DNA of 64,000 nt from Oscillospiraceae bacterium (lineage in GTDB: Bacteria > Bacillota > Clostridia > Oscillospirales > Acutalibacteraceae), in contig CADBBH010000004.1 in the NCBI GenBank assembly GCA_902792905.1, forward strand, positions 61,908-125,907, in the 5' to 3' direction. Under the pieces are notes generated by a model that had not been told where the DNA came from, did no database searches, and saw only the letters and a program-made list of their open reading frames with translations. The position numbers and the translations under genes were made by a program. Shown piece by piece: positions 39,832-50,075 of the stretch; position 1 is the first letter of the stretch, and every line of letters starts with the position of its first letter.

Positions 39832-40083
39832 TCAACCTCCCGATGCAGGTGAGAGAAGCCAGACTTCGTCTCCGTCATTGAGTTTCTTCTTTTTCTTGGT
39901 GCAGTGTTCGCCGTTGATAAACACGGATGCGTCGGTGAATGAGATGCTGCTCTTATGCTCGCCGACCGCAATTCTGTTGAGCTCTTCCAGCAGATCGGAG
40001 AGCTTTTCGGCATCTATTTCAATATCGGAAATATGAGTGTCTACTCTGTAAACTCCGAACAGTTTTACATTTACTTTTGCCAT
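39832..40083 (-). CDS. moaD: MoaD/ThiS sulfur carrier
   Basis: VKLFG..FING..LNDGDEV.LLSPASGG with C-terminal GG. Confidence 0.9.
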   Translation of the reverse strand: MAKVNVKLFGVYRVDTHISDIEIDAEKLSDLLEELNRIAVGEHKSSISFTDASVFINGEHCTKKKKKLNDGDEVWLLSPASGG

Positions 40084-40085
40084 AA

Positions 40086-42041
40086 TCACGCCTCCCCGTC
40101 TTTCTTGTATGCGGCGGCGACCGCCTTATCGTAAACCGCTTTTTCTATTCTGATTCCGAGAGTTTTAAGACGGTGCCAGGTGGGGATTCCGTCCTTCCAG
40201 CCTCTGGCGCGGTAGAATACCTTCTTCATCTGCTCGAGCGGGACCTTCGTCTTGGGATTGTTCGGATCCTGAAGCTCATCGGTAAGGCGCTTTGGTAATT
40301 TATCAGCTCCCGCCTTCTGGCCGAGGATTACATTTGACATACGCTCGGCATTCCAGCCGTAAGCGCCCCAGGTGAGAAACTTAGCCATATTTGATTTCAT
40401 ACCCGTCGCGAGTTTAACAGCAATAGCGTGCGGAAGCAGAGGAATATTTATCTGCGGAACCTTGGTGAAATGACTCAGAAGATTTACAACAGGACCTACA
40501 TACGGAAAAGCGGCAAGAATTATTTTAGTCAAAAACAGGTTCGGTTTTGCGATGAGGAAGCCCGGAAGAACCGCGTAGCTTGTAAACAGGCAGCTGCCCG
40601 CGCCCGAGATTGACTCCATCAGATTCTGGAACATGATACCGATGGCCGCCTTGCCGTGAGGCGTAAGGGAATTCACATCAAGGCCGAGGCCTTCGACGAC
40701 GACCATATAGCCGGCGTTCAGGTGGCACCCGCCTCTGTTTGCGGTCGCGTATCCGAGTCCCTGACCGACTGCGTGTCGCGGTTCATAGGCGGCGAGCTCC
40801 ATACCCTTGGCGTTTATGGCGAATTCCTTTCCGCCGTATTTATCGCTCATGCGCTTTGAACCGTCCGCAATATCATTGCCCTCGCCTCTGCGGTAGGCAA
40901 TGTCTTCAAACATCTGCGAAATATTATCCGTTTCGCCGAAATGGACTCCGAAATCGTGAATGCCTTTTTCGGCGAGTTCCATTGCGAACGCGATTGAACC
41001 CGCGCAGGAGATTGCATCCATACCGAGCTCATCGAGTTCAAAATTCCATTTCAGTATTTTCTCAATATCGTCATTGAGGATATTCGGTCCGAAAAGGCCG
41101 AGTGTTTCAAGCTCGGGACCTTTTACAACCTTACCGTTGACGACAACTTTTCTCGCGCATCTTATGACACAACCCGTACAGGCTCCGTTTGAAACAAGGT
41201 GATTCTCCGCGAGTTCCTCGCCCGAAACCTTCTCAAAGCCGTCAAATCTGCCGGCTGAGAAATTCTTAGTGGCCAGTATGGAGTGCGCCTGCATCGGAGC
41301 GATGAGCCCGGCACTGCCCAGCTTCGGAAGCTGTCTGCCCGTAAGCGGATGCGTTTTGAGAAGTTTGGTCCATTTGACGTTGAATTCGCGAAGCTTATCC
41401 TCTTTTGCAATCCCGGGAAGCATTGTACCTTTTGCGGTTACTGCCTTGAGATTCTTATCGCCGAATACAGCTCCGACACCGCCTCTGCCGGCGGTTCTTT
41501 CATTGCTGAAAACACAGGCATAGAGCACTTTATTTTCGCCCGCAGGACCTATAACCAGTCTGCCGGGGTAATCGCTCAGCTTCTCCTGCGCTTCGCCGGT
41601 GGTAAGTCCCCATATTTCCTCCGCGCTTTCAAATTCAACATTATCGCGCGTGATATGAACCGTTACGGGTTTTTCGCTTCTGCCGGTAAAGATAACCGCA
41701 TCATAGCCCGCCCTCTTTAGTGAGAGTCCGAAATCGCCCCCGCAGTTTGATGAGGTGACGATGTTCGTCAGCGGAGAAATCGTGGAAATATTGAATCTCG
41801 ATGTATTCGGGCATCCGCATCCGGTGAGAGGACCTGTGGTAACAACAAGCCAGTTATCCTCATCAAAAGCCTTCATTTCCGGCGTAATATGATGAAGAAG
41901 AATATCGGCCGCCATGATTTTGCCGCCGAGGGTACGCTCCCTGTCTTTGTCGCTCCAAGGAAACTCGCCGAAAGTCTGCTTTGTAAGGTCAACAAAGAGA
42001 ACTTTTCCCATATAACCGCAGTATTCAGTCAATTGAATCAC
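40086..42041 (-). CDS. aor: Tungsten-dependent aldehyde:ferredoxin oxidoreductase family enzyme
   Basis: GYMGKVLFVDL, SPLT, IGPAGEN, GRGGVGAVFGDKNLKA, CTGCVIRC, GPELET, DELGMDAIS, NRGGCH. Confidence 0.93.
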   Translation of the reverse strand: MIQLTEYCGYMGKVLFVDLTKQTFGEFPWSDKDRERTLGGKIMAADILLHHITPEMKAFDEDNWLVVTTGPLTGCGCPNTSRFNISTISPLTNIVTSSNCGGDFGLSLKRAGYDAVIFTGRSEKPVTVHITRDNVEFESAEEIWGLTTGEAQEKLSDYPGRLVIGPAGENKVLYACVFSNERTAGRGGVGAVFGDKNLKAVTAKGTMLPGIAKEDKLREFNVKWTKLLKTHPLTGRQLPKLGSAGLIAPMQAHSILATKNFSAGRFDGFEKVSGEELAENHLVSNGACTGCVIRCARKVVVNGKVVKGPELETLGLFGPNILNDDIEKILKWNFELDELGMDAISCAGSIAFAMELAEKGIHDFGVHFGETDNISQMFEDIAYRRGEGNDIADGSKRMSDKYGGKEFAINAKGMELAAYEPRHAVGQGLGYATANRGGCHLNAGYMVVVEGLGLDVNSLTPHGKAAIGIMFQNLMESISGAGSCLFTSYAVLPGFLIAKPNLFLTKIILAAFPYVGPVVNLLSHFTKVPQINIPLLPHAIAVKLATGMKSNMAKFLTWGAYGWNAERMSNVILGQKAGADKLPKRLTDELQDPNNPKTKVPLEQMKKVFYRARGWKDGIPTWHRLKTLGIRIEKAVYDKAVAAAYKKDGEA

Positions 42042-42672
42042 CTCTGATTTTCAGCGTATGAATTTCGTTGTTGTCATATATATAAAGCTTTCCGGCGTTT
42101 TGAACAATTCCGAGAAAGTAATCGACCGCAAGCTGGGCTTCGAGAGCTCCGATAATCGCGGCAGTAGTGCTCGGAGAACGGTTTTTGTTTTCCGTTTCAT
42201 TGAGGCAACCCGCCGCCTCCAGATCGGGCGTTTTGCCGGGAATATAAAGATATGCAGTGCCGAAAAAGCCGTTGATGCTGCCGTTGATACAAGGGATTCC
42301 CGACTTTTTGCAGAATTCATTTGCCTGCCTGCGGGTTGCGATGTTGTCAACGGCAACAATTAAGATATCGCAGTCTCCCGGTATGGTATTGTCAAATTTT
42401 CCGGCCTGATATTTAATCTCGACCTCGGGAGCGTATGCGCCGAGTCTTCCGGCAAGCAGGCGTGCTTTTTCTTCGCCCTTATCGGCGGGAGTATAGAAAA
42501 ACTGCCTGTTGAGATTTCGCTCCTCGACAGTGTCATAATCGATAAGCAACAATCTGCCGACACCTGCGCCGGCAAGGTGAACCGAGACGTTTGTGCCAAG
42601 GCCTCCGCAGCCAATTATAACCGCGCTTTTTCCCGATATATCAAAGCCCTGAATTTCGGATTTTATACTCAT
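42025..42672 (-). CDS. moeB: ThiF/MoeB-family adenylyltransferase (no Zn-binding Cys motifs)
   Basis: IIGCGGLG, DYDTVEERNLNRQ, VAVDNIATR. Confidence 0.85.
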   Translation of the reverse strand: MSIKSEIQGFDISGKSAVIIGCGGLGTNVSVHLAGAGVGRLLLIDYDTVEERNLNRQFFYTPADKGEEKARLLAGRLGAYAPEVEIKYQAGKFDNTIPGDCDILIVAVDNIATRRQANEFCKKSGIPCINGSINGFFGTAYLYIPGKTPDLEAAGCLNETENKNRSPSTTAAIIGALEAQLAVDYFLGIVQNAGKLYIYDNNEIHTLKIRGDSID

Positions 42673-43172
42673 TTCCCGTATTTCCCTCCGCAGGACTGCG
42701 TGTTTCCGCTGATTGTTTCAACGGCGTGCTCAAGTATCGGCAGCACAACTCCGATGCTCTCCCTGACTGCCTTCGGGCTGCCGGGAAGATTGATGATAAG
42801 AGTTTTCCCTCTTATGCCGCTGATTGCCCTTGAAAGCATTGCTCTGTCGGTTATTTCTAGGCTCTTCGCCCTGATGGCTTCGGATATGCCGGGCACTTCC
42901 TTTTCGATAACCTCTTTTGTAGCCTCGGGAGTTATGTCTCTCGGCGCAAATCCGGTTCCGCCCGTTGTAAAAATCACATCAGCTTTGCGGTTATCGGCAA
43001 GTTCTGTAATCGCGCCCATAATAAGTGTTTTTTCATCGGGAACAAGCAGATATTCATTCTTCTCCGAGAGTTCTTTCAGGCATTCGGCAATGGCCGGACC
43101 GCTTTTGTCCTCGCACTCTCCCCTGAAGCATCTGTCGCTGACAGTTATAATACCGAAAATCATTTTTATCAC
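42669..43172 (-). CDS. mog: Molybdopterin adenylyltransferase (Mog/MoaB)
   Basis: ITVSD, VPDE, TTGGTGFAPRDITPEA, INLPGSPKA. Confidence 0.93.
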   Translation of the reverse strand: MIKMIFGIITVSDRCFRGECEDKSGPAIAECLKELSEKNEYLLVPDEKTLIMGAITELADNRKADVIFTTGGTGFAPRDITPEATKEVIEKEVPGISEAIRAKSLEITDRAMLSRAISGIRGKTLIINLPGSPKAVRESIGVVLPILEHAVETISGNTQSCGGKYGK

Positions 43173-43263
43173 CCCATATTATATATATCATATATTTTGT
43201 TACAATTCAATAAAAATACTTTATTTATGTTAAATATTATGATATGATATAACAGATGATATG

Positions 43264-43376
43264 ATCCGAGCTTTCCGGGCTAAGTGGAAACATACGCTCT
43301 GTCAGCCGAAGCCGGAATTTTTAACGGCTTAAGGGTATCGCGGGAAACGGCGCTGCCTTCCGTGTTTGAAAAGGAG
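43264..43376 (+). ncRNA. Moco/Wco riboswitch-like leader
   Basis: TCCGAG..CTAAG-TGGAAACA..AGGGT..GGAAAC..GCCTTCCGT..GAAAAGGAG ending on the tupA RBS; resembles the Moco RNA motif. Confidence 0.8.
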
Positions 43377-43384
43377 AAAATATC

Positions 43385-44272
43385 ATGAAAAAAATAATTG
43401 CACTCGTTCTGGCACTTGTTCTCGTTGCCGGCCTTGCCGCTTGCGGCGCAAAGCCGGAGGTTGCTCCCGAATCAACCGCACCCGCATCGTCAACATCTTC
43501 AACAGCACCGGAAGCTCCGGCTCCCGAAAATCCCGTTATCCGCCTTTCAACCACCACCTCGGTCAATGACTCGGGCCTTCTGCCCTATCTGCTCCCGACC
43601 TTTGAAGCTGAGACCGGCTATAAGGTTGAGGTTCAGTCCGCAGGTACAGGCGCCGCTATCCAGAAGGCAATCGACGGCAACGCGGATGTGATTCTCGTTC
43701 ACGCGAAGGCTTCCGAAGAGGAATTCATTGACGGCGGCTACGGCGTTGAGAGACTTCCGTTTATGTATAATTATTTCGTCATCGTAGGTCCCAAAAACGA
43801 TCCCGCGGGCGTTAAAGGCAGCCCCGATGCGGCAGAGGCGTTCGACAGAATCGACGACACCGAAAGCAAATTCGTTTCAAGAGGCGACGAGAGCGGGACT
43901 CATAAGGCCGAACTCAAAATCTGGGGCGACGATGCTCCCGACGCCGCAGAAGACAGCTGGTATATCAGCGCGGGTCAGGGTATGGGCGCCTGCCTTACAA
44001 TGGCGAGCGAACAGCAGGCATACTGCCTGACCGATAAGGCGACCTTCCTCTCAATGCAGGATGAACTCAATCTCGAAATAGTTCTTGCCGAAGGCGAGGA
44101 TATGAAGAATACATATTCACTCATAGCGGTCAATCCCGAAAAGATTGACGGTCTCAACACCGAAGGCGCTCAGGCGTTCATTGACTGGATGCTCGGCGAC
44201 GAAGCGAGCGCTCTTATCGCAAAATACGGTGAGGAAGAATACGGCTCAGCTCTTTTCACTCTGCTTAAATAA
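43385..44272 (+). CDS. tupA: Tungstate ABC transporter substrate-binding lipoprotein
   Basis: Lipobox LAAC; RLSTTTSVNDSGLL (TTTS), FVSRGDESGTH, GQGMG. Confidence 0.93.
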   Translation: MKKIIALVLALVLVAGLAACGAKPEVAPESTAPASSTSSTAPEAPAPENPVIRLSTTTSVNDSGLLPYLLPTFEAETGYKVEVQSAGTGAAIQKAIDGNADVILVHAKASEEEFIDGGYGVERLPFMYNYFVIVGPKNDPAGVKGSPDAAEAFDRIDDTESKFVSRGDESGTHKAELKIWGDDAPDAAEDSWYISAGQGMGACLTMASEQQAYCLTDKATFLSMQDELNLEIVLAEGEDMKNTYSLIAVNPEKIDGLNTEGAQAFIDWMLGDEASALIAKYGEEEYGSALFTLLK

Positions 44273-44277
44273 TCAGG

Positions 44278-44964
44278 ATGGAAAGCTTCAGGCAGGCGTT
44301 TGAACTTCTTTTTCCGCCCGACAGAGAGCTTCTGCAGATAATCGGCGTCACGCTGAGAATGTCATTTTTCAGCACGCTGATTTCCTGCCTTATAGGCCTG
44401 CCTCTCGGTGCGCTTATCGGCTCGAAGTCATTCCGCGGAAAATCATTTATAAAAAAGCTGATACACACTCTTATGGGCTTGCCGCCTGTGGTGGCAGGCC
44501 TGATAGTGTATTCTCTCTTTACCCACTACGGTCTTCTGGGTAAACTCAATATGCTCTTTACCGTCAGAGTAATGGTCGTGGCTCAGGTAATGCTTATAAC
44601 GCCTGTCGTAATCGGGCTGACTTCTTCATTTATCGAAAGCGCTTCGAAACCTGTAATAGAAACTGCGCGCGGGCTCGGTTTTTCCGGGCTCAAAACCGCG
44701 CGTCTGTGTATAGGCGAAGGGCGCTCATCGCTTTTTTCCGTCGTACTGAATGCGTTCGGACGCTCGATTGCAGAAGTCGGCGCGGTCAGCATCGTCGGCG
44801 GTAATATTCAATGGAAAACAAGGGTTATGACAACAGCCATAATGCTTGAAACAAACAAAGGCAAATTCTCATTTGCGCTCGCTCTGGGCATCATTCTTCT
44901 GATTATCGCTTTCATTGTGAACGCGCTTGCCTCTTTTATCGTTAAGGAGGTCAAAGATGATTGA
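44278..44964 (+). CDS. tupB: Tungstate ABC transporter permease
   Basis: LMGLPPVVAGL, FGRSIAEVGA..VGGNI..TRVMTTAI. Confidence 0.92.
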   Translation: MESFRQAFELLFPPDRELLQIIGVTLRMSFFSTLISCLIGLPLGALIGSKSFRGKSFIKKLIHTLMGLPPVVAGLIVYSLFTHYGLLGKLNMLFTVRVMVVAQVMLITPVVIGLTSSFIESASKPVIETARGLGFSGLKTARLCIGEGRSSLFSVVLNAFGRSIAEVGAVSIVGGNIQWKTRVMTTAIMLETNKGKFSFALALGIILLIIAFIVNALASFIVKEVKDD

Positions 44965-45610
44965 GATAAATAATCTGAAAAAGCGCTACGGCGAAAGAAC
45001 AGTCCTGGATATACCGTCATTAAGCATAAATGACGGCGAAACGCTCGCTCTTGCCGGTGCGAACGGAAGCGGCAAAACTACGCTTCTTAAAATACTCGGC
45101 GGAACAGTAAAAGCAAGCGAAGGCAGTTTTTCCATTCCCGGAAGCATACTGTATATGCCCCAGAATTCTTACGCTTTCCGCGGAGATTTAATCAGAAACA
45201 TACTTATAAGCGGAGCGGACCGGAGCAAAGCGTTTGAACTGCTTGAAAAACTAGAGCTTTCTCATCTTGCGGATAAGAAAGCAAAATCGCTCTCCGGCGG
45301 TGAACTCCAGCGGCTGTCGCTCTGCCGTGTATTATCGGGAAAGTGCGATTTACTGCTTCTTGACGAACCGACCTCCGCCTGCGACGCAAACGGCGCAGAG
45401 CTCGTGATAAAAGCAATCAAAGACTATCAGAAAAGCTGCGGATGCACCGTGATTATGAGTACCCATTCACCTCTGCTGGCGCTGAACGCATCGGACAGAC
45501 TCATAATTCTCAACAGCGGAAAAATCGAGGCCGACGGCTCTCCCGAAGAAACGCTCGCAAATCCCGGGACTCAGTGGGCAAAAAGTTTTATTGCGGGGTG
45601 GAAGATATAA
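44957..45610 (+). CDS. tupC: Tungstate ABC transporter ATPase
   Basis: GANGSGKT, LSGGE, LLLDEPT; follows tupAB; AGGAGG RBS before ATG 44957. Confidence 0.88.
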   Translation: MIEINNLKKRYGERTVLDIPSLSINDGETLALAGANGSGKTTLLKILGGTVKASEGSFSIPGSILYMPQNSYAFRGDLIRNILISGADRSKAFELLEKLELSHLADKKAKSLSGGELQRLSLCRVLSGKCDLLLLDEPTSACDANGAELVIKAIKDYQKSCGCTVIMSTHSPLLALNASDRLIILNSGKIEADGSPEETLANPGTQWAKSFIAGWKI

Positions 45611-46806
45611 TGCTTAACGTGCTTATCAGGGAAGATGCCGTTTCACTTATAAAAGAAAAAACCGCCCGGCTCATACCGGAAACCGAAAGAGTGAATATCC
45701 GCGAAGCCGGCGGCAGAATAATATCAGAAAAAATCGTTTCACCCGAAAATGTTCCGTCCTTTGACAGAACAACGGTTGACGGTTATGCGGTAAACGCCGC
45801 CGACACTTTCGGCGCGGGCGATTCAATCCCCGCTCAACTGGAAATAGCCGGCGAAATTCTTATGGGAGAGAGCGCAGATTTTATATTGAAGCGAGGTCAG
45901 TGCGCAAAAATATCAACAGGCGGTATGCTCCCGCGCGGAGCTGATGCCGCGGTAATGGTTGAGCATACGGACAGCGACGGCGGACTCTGCCTTGTATATA
46001 AATCGGTTGCTCCCCGCGAAAACATCACTCGCACCGGCGATGACATCGCCGAAGGCGAAACCGTACTTGAAAAAGGGACGGTTATCTCGCCGGCGCATAT
46101 CGGAGTGCTTGCAGCACTCGGAATTACCGAAGTAAACGTATTCAAAAAGCCGGTTATCGCGGTTATTTCTACAGGCGATGAAATAGTTGCCGATAATCCC
46201 GGACCCGGGCAGATAAGAGATGTAAATACATTTCTCTTATCCGCCGCTTCAGAAGCGCTCGGATGCGATGTGATTGAATACGGAGCCGTATCCGATAAAA
46301 GACAAGAAATCGAAAACGCTGTCAAAGACTGCGTAAATAAAGCCGATGCCGTCATCATTTCGGGCGGATCATCGGCAGGGGCAAGAGATATGACCGTGGA
46401 TATAATCGACTCTCTCGGCGAGGCGTATTTTCACGGAATCGCAATGAAGCCCGGCAAGCCGACAATATTCGGAATGGTTAAGGGCAAACCCGTTTTCGGT
46501 CTTCCGGGACATCCCCTCGCGGCTTATTTTGTATTCCGGCTCATAGTCGGCGAATATATAAGGAGTATCTTGAACGTTCCCCCGGAAAAGCCTGCGGGAA
46601 GCGGAATACTTGCGGAAAACATTCCTTCAAATCACGGCAGGGAGGAATTCCTCTGTGTCAGGCTGAATGAAAAGAACGAAATCGTTCCGCTGCATACAAA
46701 ATCCGGTATAATATCCGTTCTGTCCAAGGCGCAGGGATTCATCAGAATTCCCAGAAACGCCGAAGGACTGAACAAAGGAACTATAATGGAAATATACGGT
46801 TTATGA
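45610..46806 (+). CDS. moeA: Molybdopterin metal insertase MoeA
   Basis: VDGYAV, ISTGGMLP.GADA, STGDE, SGGSSAG, MKPGKP, GLPGHP. Confidence 0.94.
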   Translation: MLNVLIREDAVSLIKEKTARLIPETERVNIREAGGRIISEKIVSPENVPSFDRTTVDGYAVNAADTFGAGDSIPAQLEIAGEILMGESADFILKRGQCAKISTGGMLPRGADAAVMVEHTDSDGGLCLVYKSVAPRENITRTGDDIAEGETVLEKGTVISPAHIGVLAALGITEVNVFKKPVIAVISTGDEIVADNPGPGQIRDVNTFLLSAASEALGCDVIEYGAVSDKRQEIENAVKDCVNKADAVIISGGSSAGARDMTVDIIDSLGEAYFHGIAMKPGKPTIFGMVKGKPVFGLPGHPLAAYFVFRLIVGEYIRSILNVPPEKPAGSGILAENIPSNHGREEFLCVRLNEKNEIVPLHTKSGIISVLSKAQGFIRIPRNAEGLNKGTIMEIYGL

Positions 46807-48680
46807 AACATAACTATCTCAACAACATTCCTCTCGACGAGGCAAAAAGAATATTTTACAATCATCTGAAAGAAGCGGGATTCGGCTGCAGAACCGAAAC
46901 CGTCAACGTCGGAGATGCCTGCGGCAGGATAATCAGAAATGCAGCATATGCTCACATCTGCTCCCCACACTATAACGCGAGCGCGATGGACGGAATTGCA
47001 GTCGATTCACGCATCACCTTCGGCGCAAGCGAAAAAACGCCCGTGACGCTCAAGCCCGGCGAATACACCGTCGTCGATACCGGCGATCCTTTGCCCGACA
47101 GATGCGATGCCGTGATTATGGTTGAAGATTTAATTGAGGCCGGAGAAGACAAACTGCAGATAATCTCCGCCGTTTATCCCTGGCAGAATGTGCGTCAGGT
47201 AGGCGAGGATATCTGCATGGGCGATATGATTGCCCCTTCGGGCACCGAGCTCACTCCGTCGCTCTGCGGCGCTCTTCTCGCGGGCGGCATAACGGAAATT
47301 GAAGTTATAAAAAAACCGCTTGTCGGAATTATCCCGACAGGCGATGAAATAGTTGCTCCCACAAGTAGCCCCCGGAAAGGCGATATAATCGAATTCAATT
47401 CAACCGTTTTCAAAGGAATGCTTGAGGGTTTCAATGCGGATTCAAAGGTCTATCCGATAACTCCCGATAAAAAGGAACTTATAAAAACTGCAGTCGAAAC
47501 AGCTCTTTCGGAATGCGATATTGTTCTCATATCCGCGGGCTCATCTGCGGGCAGGGACGACTATACAAGCGAAATCATTTCTTCTCTCGGCACCGTTCTC
47601 GTTCACGGAATTGCCATCAAACCCGGCAAACCCGCCGTTCTCGGCGAGGCGAAAAACAAGCCGGTAATCGGAATTCCCGGTTATCCCGTTTCGGCAATCG
47701 TAATTATGGATGAAATAGCCAGTGATATTGTTTCGATGTATTACGGCAGAGAGCGCACAAAGGGTGAAACGGTAAAAGCCGTACTCTCAAAAAAGATTGT
47801 TTCGTCGCTAAAATATACTGAGTATATCCGCGTTTCTCTCGGCAGAATCGGCGGAAAGATTTCAGCGTCACCTCTCGCGCGCGGAGCGGGAGTCATAACA
47901 AGCTTTACCAAGGCGGACGGTGTTCTCCTTGTTTCTCAGGACTGCGAGGGAATTGAAGCGGGCGAAGAGGTTGAAATACGTCTTAACAGACCGCTTTCCG
48001 AAATTGAAAACACGCTTATCATCACAGGAAGCCACGATCCGCTGATTGATGAAGCCGCTGATTTTTTGGCGAAAAAAGGCGAGGAATTCAGAATCTGCTC
48101 CACCCATGTCGGCAGCATGGGCGCAATCTATGCCGTTCGTGACGGACTCGCCCATATGGGCGGAATTCATCTGCTCGATACGCAGACAGGCGAATACAAT
48201 AAATCATACATTGAAAAATATATCCCTTCGGGCAGTGCTGTCGCCGTCAGAGGTGTGGGCAGAGTTCAGGGACTGATGGTTAAAAAAGGGAATCCGCTCG
48301 GAATAAAGGAATTTGCCGATATCAAAAATGCCCGCTATGTCAACCGCCAGCGCGGTGCGGGAACAAGAATACTCTGCGATTATCTGCTTGAAAAAAGCGG
48401 GATTTCTCCCGATGAGATAAACGGCTACAGCAATGAAGAATTCACTCATACCGCGGTTGCGGCGCTGATTGCCGCGGGCAACGCAGACGCGGGACTCGGA
48501 ATTTATTCCGCCGCGAAGATGTACGACCTCGATTTTATTCCGGTATGCAATGAAATATACGAATTTCTGATTGATAAAGAATACCTTGACAATCCTATGG
48601 TGCAAGCATTCCTCGAGGTTCTTTATTCCGACGAATTCAAATCCCGGCTCAATGAAATGGGCGGATATACGGAGGGCTGA
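46803..48680 (+). CDS. moeA: MoeA-PBP (substrate-binding domain) fusion
   Basis: AMDGIAV, PTGDE, IKPGKP, PGYPVS plus C-terminal GSHD, VGSMG, VNRQRGAGTR. Confidence 0.93.
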   Translation: MKHNYLNNIPLDEAKRIFYNHLKEAGFGCRTETVNVGDACGRIIRNAAYAHICSPHYNASAMDGIAVDSRITFGASEKTPVTLKPGEYTVVDTGDPLPDRCDAVIMVEDLIEAGEDKLQIISAVYPWQNVRQVGEDICMGDMIAPSGTELTPSLCGALLAGGITEIEVIKKPLVGIIPTGDEIVAPTSSPRKGDIIEFNSTVFKGMLEGFNADSKVYPITPDKKELIKTAVETALSECDIVLISAGSSAGRDDYTSEIISSLGTVLVHGIAIKPGKPAVLGEAKNKPVIGIPGYPVSAIVIMDEIASDIVSMYYGRERTKGETVKAVLSKKIVSSLKYTEYIRVSLGRIGGKISASPLARGAGVITSFTKADGVLLVSQDCEGIEAGEEVEIRLNRPLSEIENTLIITGSHDPLIDEAADFLAKKGEEFRICSTHVGSMGAIYAVRDGLAHMGGIHLLDTQTGEYNKSYIEKYIPSGSAVAVRGVGRVQGLMVKKGNPLGIKEFADIKNARYVNRQRGAGTRILCDYLLEKSGISPDEINGYSNEEFTHTAVAALIAAGNADAGLGIYSAAKMYDLDFIPVCNEIYEFLIDKEYLDNPMVQAFLEVLYSDEFKSRLNEMGGYTEG

Positions 48681-48681
48681 T

Positions 48682-49149
48682 ATGCTGACTCATATCAATA
48701 AAAACGGCGAAGCGGTAATGGTCGATATAGGCGAAAAGGCCGTAACCGAACGCACGGCGACCGCTTACGCGAGAATAAAGATGAATCCGGAAGCGCTTGA
48801 AGCTCTTCTCAGCTCCGACCTCAAAAAAGGCGACGGTCTTGCCGCCTCGAGAATTGCCGGAATTATGGGGGCAAAGAAGACGAGCGAACTGATACCGCTC
48901 TGCCACAATATTCCCATAGACAAGGTTACCGTTGATTTTGAGAAAGAGAGCGAATCGTCTCTGGGTATCTTTGTCAGGGCTAAATGCACCTATAAAACCG
49001 GCATAGAAATGGAAGCCGTAACAGGCGCGTCGATAGCGGCGCTGACAGTATATGACATGTGCAAGGCCATGGGCAGAGATATGGTGATTGAAGAAATCAA
49101 GCTGCTCGAAAAGACGGGCGGAAAGAGCGATTATCACGATGAAGGATAG
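48682..49149 (+). CDS. moaC: Cyclic pyranopterin monophosphate synthase
   Basis: LTH..MVD, KGD, LIPLCH, TGIEMEA, YDMCKA, KTGGKS. Confidence 0.96.
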   Translation: MLTHINKNGEAVMVDIGEKAVTERTATAYARIKMNPEALEALLSSDLKKGDGLAASRIAGIMGAKKTSELIPLCHNIPIDKVTVDFEKESESSLGIFVRAKCTYKTGIEMEAVTGASIAALTVYDMCKAMGRDMVIEEIKLLEKTGGKSDYHDEG

Positions 49150-50074
49150 TTTCGGCAGAGAAATTACATATCTGCGGGTCTCCGTAACTCAGCGTTGCAA
49201 TCTCAACTGTGTGTATTGCGGCAAGAGTGACTGCGCCAAAAAAGAGACCGAACTGTCACCGGATACGATTGAAAAACTGGTCCGAGCATTCGCAAAATGC
49301 GGGATAAATAAAATCAGAATCACGGGCGGAGAGCCGCTTGTGAGGAGCGATATCTGCGAAATTGCCGGAAGAATACGCACGGTTGAAGGTGTTGAAACAC
49401 TCGCCCTGACAACAAACGGCGTGTATCTCGCTCAATATGCCCGGGAACTTAAAAGCGCGGGGCTTGACAGCGTGAATATAAGTCTTGACAGCACTGACGG
49501 CAGCACCTATCGCCATCTCACCGGCGCCGATGTTCTGAAAAAAGTTCTTGAAGGAATTGACGCAGCGGAGAGAGCGGGCATCAGCCCGGTAAAAATTAAT
49601 ACAGTGCTTATGAAAGGCGTCAACAGCGATGGTGCGGACGATCTGGTCAATCTCGCCAAGGATAGAAGAATCGATGTCCGCTTCATTGAGCTTATGCCGT
49701 TTTCCGACAATGGCGAAGATTCGTCCCTTATTGTCACGGGTGATGAAATTCTCAGAGAATTCCCGTTTCTGAAACCGGTTGAATCGGAAGAAAGCACGGC
49801 AAAGTACTATTCGGCAGAGGGATTCAAGGGCAGAGTCGGGCTTATAAGTCCGATAACACACAAATTCTGTTCCTCCTGCAACAGAATAAGACTGCTCTCC
49901 GACGGCAGAGTAAAGCCCTGCCTCGGATATGAAACCGCTTATGATATTCTGCAGTTTATTGATGATGAAAACAAACTTCTTGAAGAGGTTAAGAATATAA
50001 TTCTCAAAAAACCCGCGGGCCACAGTTTCGGAAACGAAAATGCGGGTCACGGGCTCAACAGAACGGGAGGATAA
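49139..50074 (+). CDS. moaA: GTP 3',8-cyclase (radical SAM)
   Basis: YLRVSVTQRCNLNCVYC, TGGEPL, RFIELMP, FCSSCNRIRL..PCL, C-terminal GG. Confidence 0.96.
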   Translation: MKDSFGREITYLRVSVTQRCNLNCVYCGKSDCAKKETELSPDTIEKLVRAFAKCGINKIRITGGEPLVRSDICEIAGRIRTVEGVETLALTTNGVYLAQYARELKSAGLDSVNISLDSTDGSTYRHLTGADVLKKVLEGIDAAERAGISPVKINTVLMKGVNSDGADDLVNLAKDRRIDVRFIELMPFSDNGEDSSLIVTGDEILREFPFLKPVESEESTAKYYSAEGFKGRVGLISPITHKFCSSCNRIRLLSDGRVKPCLGYETAYDILQFIDDENKLLEEVKNIILKKPAGHSFGNENAGHGLNRTGG

Positions 50075-50075
50075 T

